A model generated the notes under the pieces. It made no database searches. It saw only the letters and a program-made list of their open reading frames with translations, and was not told the DNA's origin. From a virus (Duplodnaviria > Caudoviricetes): 62,185 bases of DNA. Both the position numbers and the translations under genes were made by a program. Shown here piece after piece: positions 18,940 through 27,200 of the stretch. Positions within the stretch are counted from its first letter, which is position 1. Each line of letters begins with the position of its first letter. The DNA is taken from positions 1 to 62,185 of IMG/VR virus record IMGVR_UViG_3300047189_000049; one strand, given 5' to 3'.

Positions 18940-19554
18940 TTATGCGCCGGTGAAGTTGCGGGTCGCGACGTCGTTGAAGGCGACGACAGCCCAGTCATAG
19001 GCCTGACCGTTGCCGACCGAGCCCTGCGAGCCCGGCGGATCCGTGACGATGCTCACGACGCGGAACGGGGCGTTGACGTTGTACGTCGCCGTGTTCAGGG
19101 TCGTGCTGTCCAGATACGCGCCCGACAGGCCGCTGGCGGCCGTGCCCGTGCCGATCACGAACCCGATGGTCGCGTTGACGTCGGCGGGGTTCGCGAGGCC
19201 GGTGGCGTCCGACTGCGCGACGAACTTCGCCTGCGGGTCGTTGACGATGTAGCCCGTCACGTAGTTGGACGAGGCAACGTCGCTGCCCGGCCAGTAGTTC
19301 GACCAGACCTTGCGCTTCTGGGCGACCGAGACGTACTCGCAGCCGACGAAGATGCCGGCGATGCCGAGGATGCCCGGGGTGGCGCCGGTGCTCGCGCTCT
19401 GCGCGACGGAACCGTCGGCCTGCAGCGTGACCGGGTCACCGTAGTAGATGGCGCTCGCGTTGTAGTTGACGCGGACGGCGACCTGTTCGAAGGTCGGCGA
19501 AGAGCCGGTGCCAGAGATCTGGCGGAATCCGAAAGGCGTATTAGTATTCGCCAT
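18940..19554 (-). CDS. Head protein (capsid-associated)
   Basis: MANTNTPFGFRQ, IYYGDPV, GIFVGCEY; AGGAG RBS before 19554. Confidence 0.6.
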   Translation of the reverse strand: MANTNTPFGFRQISGTGSSPTFEQVAVRVNYNASAIYYGDPVTLQADGSVAQSASTGATPGILGIAGIFVGCEYVSVAQKRKVWSNYWPGSDVASSNYVTGYIVNDPQAKFVAQSDATGLANPADVNATIGFVIGTGTAASGLSGAYLDSTTLNTATYNVNAPFRVVSIVTDPPGSQGSVGNGQAYDWAVVAFNDVATRNFTGA

Positions 19555-19695
19555 GACGAGAACTCCTGATGGAGGTCGTCGTCTGGCGCCGGGCCGACTA
19601 GACCGAATTTTGGTTGCGACCACTCACCGGGAGCGGTATGGGGCGAACTTACTGCCCGCGAACACCCGGCGTCAACACTTCGTGCAAATTATTTC

Positions 19696-19724
19696 TTGAC
19701 AAGCGGGTGAAACTGCCTTATACT
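19696..19724 (+). promoter_or_regulatory. sigma70-type promoter with operator-like spacer
   Basis: TTGACA-17 nt-TATACT; GGGTGAAACTGCC at 19705-19717. Confidence 0.8.
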
Positions 19725-19755
19725 ACCTGTGATCGATCAAATAACGAGGTGGCGT

Positions 19756-19950
19756 ATGGCGATTTCCGACGTGGACCTGCTGAAGGTGCAGGAGCTCAAG
19801 ACGGACCTCTACTGCATCTGGGAGCAACTCGACGAGCTTGCCAGAAAGTACGAGAAGTCCAATCCGCGAGACCCGGATACACAGGGGCTTGTCGTATGCG
19901 CGAATGTGCTTGACTCGCTGGACAGCAGGATGGGACAGCTGTTCACCTGA
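19756..19950 (+). CDS. Moron-like small protein opposite to the structural operon
   Basis: Own promoter, GAGGT RBS, 64 aa, helical. Confidence 0.6.
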   Translation: MAISDVDLLKVQELKTDLYCIWEQLDELARKYEKSNPRDPDTQGLVVCANVLDSLDSRMGQLFT

Positions 19951-19997
19951 CATCCAGAAAAGGTGCGGGATAGCTGGATACTATCCCGCATGAGGCA

Positions 19998-20246
19998 TCA
20001 CGCAGCGGGGGGATCCGCGGGCGTGAAGTCAACGTAGAACTCGCGGCCGGGGACGAACTCCTTGGCCGCGACTTCGTTGATGGTGCCGAGCTTGATGGTG
20101 CCGCCCGGCGTCCACCGGTAGAACTGCTCGTTCTCCGGGGACCCGCTCATGACCGGCTGAAGCTCGACCTGCGCGACACGCTGCATGCGCTCGCTGTCGT
20201 ACGAGTCTGTCACCGTGATGACCTTGAACTTGGCGCGAACCGTCAT
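19998..20246 (-). CDS. Hypothetical phage protein
   Basis: MTVRAKFKV...ENEQFYRWTPGG..EFYVDFTP. Confidence 0.65.
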   Translation of the reverse strand: MTVRAKFKVITVTDSYDSERMQRVAQVELQPVMSGSPENEQFYRWTPGGTIKLGTINEVAAKEFVPGREFYVDFTPADPPAA

Positions 20247-20249
20247 GGC

Positions 20250-20867
20250 CTACTCCTTCGGGATCGGGATGGATTCGATGGACTTCGAGACGCTGGCCAG
20301 CGACGCACCCTTGTTGTCGCGCCCGAATTGGCCCTGCGGGGCCTCGGCCAGCGACGACTCCTTGGCGCGCACCTGCAGCTGGGCCTTGCGCTTGTCGCGC
20401 GCCTTGGACTCCATGGTGAGCTCCATCGGGCGCTCCATCAGGATCATGCCGTCGCGCGTGATCGTGCCCGCGGTGCTGCCGCTCGGCATCATCTCGGGGT
20501 GGCGACGCGCCGGCACCGGCTCCCAGCCGTTCATGCGCAGGTTCACGTCGTACGACGGGTCGTCCTTGCCCAGCACCGTGTGGCGCTTCCACTGGTAGTC
20601 CCAACCCTCGGGGATGATCGACTGGTCGATGGCGAACTTGTCGCCCTCGTCGATCTCGTCGCCGCGGTGGTCGCGGATCTGCTTGGCACGCAGGGCCGCG
20701 CGCTCGCGCGATGTCATGCCGCGGCTGTCGACGACCGGCTCGGGAGAACCAGCCGCCGGTGCATTGGCCTCGGCCTCGACCGCATCGGCGGCGGTCTTCA
20801 GCTGGTTGTTCTTCGGCCGCACGCGCCGGATCGGGCGCGACGGGGTAGCGGTGGCTTCGGCGGTCAT
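20250..20867 (-). CDS. Conserved head-module protein
   Basis: PEGWDYQWKR, GWEPVPARRHPE, GMILMERP; between scaffold and capsid. Confidence 0.65.
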   Translation of the reverse strand: MTAEATATPSRPIRRVRPKNNQLKTAADAVEAEANAPAAGSPEPVVDSRGMTSRERAALRAKQIRDHRGDEIDEGDKFAIDQSIIPEGWDYQWKRHTVLGKDDPSYDVNLRMNGWEPVPARRHPEMMPSGSTAGTITRDGMILMERPMELTMESKARDKRKAQLQVRAKESSLAEAPQGQFGRDNKGASLASVSKSIESIPIPKE

Positions 20868-21748
20868 GACAGCTTCCCTTCGCGCTGGAGCGCGAGCTTG
20901 TTGGCGGCGTATTCCTGAGGCGTCTGGCCCATGTTGGCGGCCATCTCGCGCTCTTCCTTGGTCAGGCGCACGACCTGCGGCCGGCTACCCGTGCCGCCAC
21001 CTCCACGGCTCACCGGGGCAGCTGCAGGGGCGGCGCTGCGACCACCGCTGGCCTGCGCCGCGGTGTCGCCCGTCGGGGCTTCAGCGGACGCCGTGCTCGC
21101 CGTGTCGTTCGAGTACCCCATGGTCTTCTCGACGGCGGCGAAGTACTCGCTGGTCTCGGCGGTCAGACCGTCGGCCAGCGCAGCGTGGTGGGCGGCGAGC
21201 ATCTTGTTGTACTTGCGCGGGTCCTTGGCGACCTCCGGGTGCGCACGCACCCACGCCGCCGACCGCGGGGCGAGCTTCGCTGCCAGCGCCTCGACCTCGT
21301 CGCTCGGCTCGGTCCTGCGCTGCACCGGCTGCTGCTGTTCGAGGGCGGACTTGCCCTGATTCAGCTGCACCAGCTTCGAGGCGTTCTCGGCGACGCGCGC
21401 GTTGATGTCGAACTCGGCATCGATGTCGCCCGCGGCGCGAGCCTCGGACAGCTGACGCTTCAGCAGGTTGTTGTCCTGCTTCACCGTCTCGATGGCGTTG
21501 GTGATCAGCGCGAGGTTCGAGGTGTGCACCTCGCCGCCGGCGGCAGCCAGATGCGACTCGGCATTGCTCGCGCGCGACTCGGCAGCGATGCGACCGTTGC
21601 GCTCGCTTTCCAGATCGCGCGTGAGCTTCGCGATGGCGTCGTCAGCGCTCGGCGCCGCAGCGGCGGCGGGCTTGCCATCGGCAGCGGTGTCGTCGCCGTC
21701 GACAATCACTTCGAGGTCGTCTTCGGGGATCTTTGATTCGGTGGCCAT
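20864..21748 (-). CDS. Putative scaffolding protein
   Basis: Acidic N-terminus, coiled coil, C-terminal VRLTKEEREMA..MGQTPQEYA; GGAG RBS. Confidence 0.65.
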   Translation of the reverse strand: MATESKIPEDDLEVIVDGDDTAADGKPAAAAAPSADDAIAKLTRDLESERNGRIAAESRASNAESHLAAAGGEVHTSNLALITNAIETVKQDNNLLKRQLSEARAAGDIDAEFDINARVAENASKLVQLNQGKSALEQQQPVQRRTEPSDEVEALAAKLAPRSAAWVRAHPEVAKDPRKYNKMLAAHHAALADGLTAETSEYFAAVEKTMGYSNDTASTASAEAPTGDTAAQASGGRSAAPAAAPVSRGGGGTGSRPQVVRLTKEEREMAANMGQTPQEYAANKLALQREGKLS

Positions 21749-21759
21749 GGGGACTCCAG

Positions 21760-22167
21760 TTACCAGACTCGTTCGGGGTGGGAGATGCGCATGCGGATGC
21801 TGTCGTCCGAAAGCATGCGGCAGATGACGCCAGACGAGCCCGAGGGCGCGGCATCGTTCTTGATGCCGAGACTCCAGCCATCGCTGACACGGAACACGAT
21901 CCAGTCGCCGACGCTGAACTTCGCGTCGTCGCGCCATTCGAGGCACGCGTCGGGGCCCATCTTCACGATCAGGCCGACCTTGGACTGGTACTTGTCTTCG
22001 TCGCGCGTCGCATCGGGGAGGATGAGACCGCCAGCCGTCTTCTCGGGACGGATGTAAACGGCGACGAGGATCTGGTTCGAGCACACTTCGACGTCGCTGA
22101 TGTTGCCGAGCGACCGATAAATCTCGGCGGCTGGGTCGACGTTGCGTAGTGCTACTGCTTTGGACAT
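21760..22167 (-). CDS. groES: Co-chaperonin GroES
   Basis: ILVAVYIRPEKTAGGLILPD, GLIVKMGP, VGDWIVF. Confidence 0.8.
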   Translation of the reverse strand: MSKAVALRNVDPAAEIYRSLGNISDVEVCSNQILVAVYIRPEKTAGGLILPDATRDEDKYQSKVGLIVKMGPDACLEWRDDAKFSVGDWIVFRVSDGWSLGIKNDAAPSGSSGVICRMLSDDSIRMRISHPERVW

Positions 22168-22175
22168 GTGATCTC

Positions 22176-22379
22176 CTAGGTGCGCTTGTTGATGGTGGAC
22201 TCGGCTTCAGAAATTATTTCCAGCGACGCGCGCAGCCCCGCGATCCTTCCGCAGAGGCCGCAGTAGGCTGGGTAGTCGGTGGCGACGGAGGGGTTTTCGA
22301 GTTGGGTGCGCAGCTCCTCGATCTGGAGTGAGATCTGCTTCTCGAATTCGCGTGCGATCAGCGTGTTGACAGTTGACAT
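22176..22379 (-). CDS. Hypothetical protein
   Basis: DYPAYCGLCGRIAGL; upstream of GroES. Confidence 0.55.
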   Translation of the reverse strand: MSTVNTLIAREFEKQISLQIEELRTQLENPSVATDYPAYCGLCGRIAGLRASLEIISEAESTINKRT

Positions 22380-22405
22380 GCGCGGACTATATGCGGCGCG
22401 CGGGC

Positions 22406-22439
22406 AAAAAGAAAGGCGGCTAAGTCCTTTTAGCCGCCT
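22406..22439 (-). terminator. Intrinsic terminator
   Basis: AGGCGGCTAA/TTAGCCGCCT stem plus T-rich tail on minus strand. Confidence 0.7.
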
Positions 22440-22496
22440 CGCGCCCGCGGTGTCTGCCGCGGGGGCCCTCTCCCCTCAGAAAGCGTGAACTGGTTC

Positions 22497-23540
22497 TTAC
22501 TTCATGCGGCTCTTGGCGAATGCCGCACCGTACTTGCGGTCCTTCTCCAGCCGACCAGCACCACCACCGGAGCCATTCTCCATGTGGATCGTGCGGCCGC
22601 CGTTCTTGCGCGGCATGGGGCCCGGAGGCGGCATCGGCGGCGGACCACCAGCGCCCGGCGGCGGCATGCCCGGCGGACCCATCGGCGGCTTCATCATGCC
22701 CGGCGGCGGCATGGGCGGCGCGCCCGGCGGCGGCATCGGCGGCATCGGAGGCTTGTCGTCCTTCTTGCCGGCACCGATGATGATGTTGATATTGGTCTTG
22801 CCGCCACCCTTGCGAGCGATGCGGTCGCCGACCGGGCGAGTGCCACCAGTCAGCGCAGCAGACAGTGCGCCGCCGACCTTCTTCGCGGCGCGCAGCGCCT
22901 TCGGCTTGACCATCTTGCGCACGAGCTTCTTGTCCTCGGCGACGTCGCTGTGCGCGCGGCCACCGCTCTTGCGCTGCGCGGCGTCCACCGCGTCATCGAT
23001 CTGCTTCTGGCGACCACTGACCTTGTCGGCAGCGGCGCCCGCGGCACCGGAGCCCAGCGCATCACGGCCCGAGCCCGGCATGAGCTTGCCGGCGAGCTCC
23101 TTCACGCGATCCTTCACGGCGCCCATGTAGGTGGGCTTCTCGTACTCGTCGACCGGGCCGCCATCGGCGCGCTTGATCTTGCCGCCGCGCTTGAATCCGC
23201 CGACCTGCTTCTCGCCGGCGCGCTTCTCGTTCGCCGACTTCACGTCGCGGTTGACGTAGTCGCTGGCCGTCATGCCGCCACTGGCGTAGCCGCAGTCCTT
23301 GAGCCGGCGCTGCACGCGGTCGGCGCGCTTGGCCTCGCTGTGACCGTGCATCTCCACGACCTTGCCGCCCTTCTTGAACTGGCGGCGCGAGACGGGGCGC
23401 TCGCCGGACTGCACGGAAGCACGCAGAGGCCCCGGAGTCGCGTAGTCGCTGGCGTCGACATGGGTGGCATCGCTGCCGCCAGACATGGTCTTGGCCTTCG
23501 CCATGCGGGCTTCGCGGATGGACTTGGCGGAATGGGACAT
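22497..23540 (-). CDS. Basic internal virion protein with at least 8 GG tags and a Pro/Met-rich tract
   Basis: FKKGG, YASGG, FKRGG, RADGG, RKSGG, KKVGG, RKGGG, RKNGG. Confidence 0.65.
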   Translation of the reverse strand: MSHSAKSIREARMAKAKTMSGGSDATHVDASDYATPGPLRASVQSGERPVSRRQFKKGGKVVEMHGHSEAKRADRVQRRLKDCGYASGGMTASDYVNRDVKSANEKRAGEKQVGGFKRGGKIKRADGGPVDEYEKPTYMGAVKDRVKELAGKLMPGSGRDALGSGAAGAAADKVSGRQKQIDDAVDAAQRKSGGRAHSDVAEDKKLVRKMVKPKALRAAKKVGGALSAALTGGTRPVGDRIARKGGGKTNINIIIGAGKKDDKPPMPPMPPPGAPPMPPPGMMKPPMGPPGMPPPGAGGPPPMPPPGPMPRKNGGRTIHMENGSGGGAGRLEKDRKYGAAFAKSRMK

Positions 23541-23557
23541 GAACGTCTCCGGCTGAA

Positions 23558-24226
23558 CTACCGCTTTGCAGCGGACGAAGTGATTGACAGTGCCCGGTCG
23601 ATGATAGATCGACTCCGGGCCGGGCGCAAAGTCTTACCTGACGCCAGCCACGCCTTGAAGGCGTCCATGGACATCGTCTCGATGCTGGAGCAGCGGTCCC
23701 TGCCTTTCCCGTCGCTGAAGGCGGCCTCGTAGCAGCGCAGGGCGTCGCGCTCGCTGTCGAAGCCGATCATGACCTTGTGCTCGTCGAAGTCGCCGGTGCG
23801 GTGATCGCACTGGTTGACCACGAAGACCATGGGGCTTTCGAGGTCCGGGCCCAGATAGACGTCGACGTGGTCGCCGTCGGCGCCCGTCGTGCGCTTGATG
23901 TAGCCGTAGTCTGCCGGCATCACGCAGCGCCACGCGTGGCCACGGCCGTCCGTGCCGCTGCGCTCGCTGCCCTTCTTGTTCTCGATGCTGATGTCGAGGC
24001 CCTGCACGAGCTTGTGCTCTTTGCGGTAGTTGCCCGCGGCGATCTGCGCCTTGCTGGGCGAATGATCGACCTTGCCGCCGCTGGCGAAGCGCTTGCGCTG
24101 CCAGTTCATCGCGGGGCCAGTCGTGCACTCCATGCCGCCATGGGCGTGCACGGGCTCCTCGTTGTCGACCTGCGTGTGCAGGTTGTGGAACTGCTGGTAG
24201 AAGTCCTCCATCCCGAGCTTGCTCAT
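23558..24226 (-). CDS. Inorganic-pyrophosphatase-like domain protein (polyvalent-protein type)
   Basis: AGNYRK..ISIENKKGSERSG..YGYIKRTTGADGDHVDVYLG..FDEHKVMIGF. Confidence 0.75.
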   Translation of the reverse strand: MSKLGMEDFYQQFHNLHTQVDNEEPVHAHGGMECTTGPAMNWQRKRFASGGKVDHSPSKAQIAAGNYRKEHKLVQGLDISIENKKGSERSGTDGRGHAWRCVMPADYGYIKRTTGADGDHVDVYLGPDLESPMVFVVNQCDHRTGDFDEHKVMIGFDSERDALRCYEAAFSDGKGRDRCSSIETMSMDAFKAWLASGKTLRPARSRSIIDRALSITSSAAKR

Positions 24227-27200
24227 GACTGACCCACCTTGATGCGGCCGCGCGTCTGCGGCGCGATGTGCACGGTGTCGTTCGTCGGGATCTCGTTGCC
24301 GTGCTCGTCCTTGGCCAGCGTCCCGCGCTCGGTGCGCTTGGCCTTCGGATCGTAGTGCACGAAGAACCCGTGGCTGTCCTTCGCGGCGTTCTCCATGGCT
24401 CCCGTCGCCTTCAGGTTCTTGAGGCCTACGACCATGCCGGGCTCGTTGTCGCCGGTGCGCTGCAGGCTGTCGAGAGGCCGGAAGTCGTGGCTCAGGCCAT
24501 CGATGACCTTGTAGCGCTTGCCGGTCTCCTGATCATGCACCCACGCCGGCAGCACGCGCTTGTGCGAGAACACCATCGACACGTTGTCGCCGCCGTCCAG
24601 CCGGCGCCGCACCTGCTGCCAGTTGGTGTGCGGGTTCTCGACCTCGTGCGGGTTGTCGTTGAGCCCCTTCGGCTGCGACACGCCAGTCGACGAGTACGTG
24701 TAGTGGTGGTTCGGCGCGATGGGGTCGAAGTTCATTTTCGTGTAGTCGTAGAACGACACGTCCGGGTGCGCCTCGATCAGCGCCTTGTAGGCCTTCGGCG
24801 CGATGTCCGAGAGCACGTTCAGGCGTACGCCGAGGTGCGAGCCGCGGTAGTGCGCGTCCGTCTTCGCCTTGGTGATCTCGTCGTGCAGGCGCGTGATGAA
24901 CTCGGCCGGGTGACGCAGGAAGGCCTGCGTGCGGCGCAGGCTCGACAGGCGCGGGCCCTTGAACTCGCTCAGGTCCTGACCGCCGCCCAGCTTGAAGTAG
25001 TTGCCCGCGGTCTTGCCGAGGCACTCCTTCTCGCAGCTCGCCGAGTTCGGGCACGTGCTGAACTTGCCCTCCCGGTAGCTCGGCGCCAGCGACAGGCCCG
25101 TGGTCTCGACCGTGCGTCCGTCGGGCAGCGTGATCGGCTTGCCGCCGTCGTAGCCGGCCTCGGCCTTCATGAGCTTGGCGTTCTTGTTGAGCAGCGGCTT
25201 CGGCGTGCCGTCCTTCAGGATGCCCATGTGGCGGGAAACGGTGTCGGACGCGTGCTTGCTGTTCGCCACGCGCTGCGCGTAGGGCAGAGATAGGTGGTGG
25301 GCGAGCGCCGCGTTCATGATCGTGGACAGGTGGTTGATGTTCGGCTCGCCGCCCTCCTGATGCTCAGGCGGCGCAATCGGATCCGGCCCGCGCGACTCCG
25401 CGGCAGGCATGATCGAGAACTTCGTCTTGCCGCCGGCGGCGCGCGCCACGCGCAGTGCTTCGTCTACGTTCACTTCTCCACCTCGTGCGTATGCCTTGAA
25501 GCCGCTCTTCAGGATGCTCTCACGCATCTTAGGCGTGATCGCGAGACCCGGGAATCCGTTGGTGTGCTTGTCGGAGCTCTTCACGTGCCCGACCTGCGCC
25601 TGCGGGTCGTGCTCGCGAGCGAGCGCCAGCAGCCGCTTCGGGATGATGTTGTCGTAGTAGCCCTTCATGCCCTCGCCGCCGAGCTGCAGGCTCTGGCCGG
25701 CGAGCTCATGAACCACGGACGGATCTCCGTTGTGGTATCTCGGCATCGAGTTCTCAGGCTTCAGCAGCTTCTCTGCGATTTCTTGGCCCACTAGGTCGTG
25801 CAGGTCGTGTGGCTCGACATCGTGACGCGTCATGGCGTGCGAGCCATTCGGCTTGTACGCGAAGAACTGCTTCTGGTTCGGCCAGTACTGGATGCGCCCG
25901 ATGTGGTGGCTCAGGTTGTAGCGGTCAGCGTGCTTCTGCCCCGGCGTCCAGATCAGCTTGTCGTAGTTGCCCTTCGCGGCCTCGTACAGAGCTCGCTTCA
26001 GTCCAAGGTCGGTCCAGTGCTGGGTGTTCGTGACGTAGGGGCCCTGCGGGACTCCGCTCGTCTTCGCGAGGTCCTTGGCGAACGCGAGCGCTTCCTCGCG
26101 CGTCACATGCTGGGTGCCACCGTACTCGTGGTAGCCGGTCTCCGGGTCGACCTTGATGCGGCTCTCGATCTCCTCAGGGGTCGGCATGAAGCCTTTCTTG
26201 CGCCCAGCCTGCCCCCAGTCGCTCTGCAGCTCGTCGAGCAGCAGGTGACGCTCCGGCGGCCGAATGCCCTTCTTGGCGGCATCCTTGGCGGCCTTTGCGC
26301 GCTTTGCCGCCATGAGCTCTTCTGGAGGGTCGTTGAGCGCGCTGGACGACGTTGCTCCACGGAACGCTGTCTGGCGCTCGGTGTTGGCGCTCGCGTTCGC
26401 GGGGTCCTTGTAGAACTCCTGAATGGCCTCGCCGGGCTTGGTCCAGTCCAGATGCGGGCCGACGATGGACGCGAGCTTCTGCGCGCCCCAGTAAGACTTG
26501 ATGTTGCGCTGGACCGCCATGCCTGACGGGGCATGCGTGAGCGTGTAGTACTTGCTTTCCTGCTTGCCCAGACCCTTGTGCACGATCAGCCCGGGCGTCT
26601 TCGTCGACCACGCCGGAATCTCGTCAGGCTGGTCAGGCGTGCGGCTCGAATTGTAGGCAGGACGGTTCGTGATGTCCGGCTTCGGCGGCAGCGGCGGACG
26701 AATAGCCTTTCCTGCGTCGCCGAGGTCCTGACGGTCGCTCATGCGCAGGTGCGCGACGATATTCGGCTCGTCGTAGTGGCTTGACGAGTAGTCGCGAGGA
26801 GGCCTGAAGTCATCGCCCTCGGATCCACCACTGGCGCCAATCGTATGCGCGTGCATCAGGGCGTCGGCATGCGTCTGGAACTTGCGAGGCTGACCGGTCT
26901 CGTCGAGCACCGGGCCATTCGGTCCGCGCAGGCGGTAGTCGTTGCTGCCGAAATTGGAGATTCCCCACGGAGCCTTACCCTGAGGCAGGTGCATCCGCAC
27001 CTCTCGGTAGTCGCTACCATCCTTCGTCGACCAGTTCCTGAACTTCGCGCCACCGACTGCCTCCTGCAGATCCGGCAGGCTCTTCTCGAAGTGGTCAGCG
27101 AGATCGTCCTTGGTCACCGACTTCTGGCCGGCGAACTTGGCATGCACGCCGGAGCGCGCGATCTCCTCTGGCTTCACGCCCTTGAGGCTCGCGATCATCT

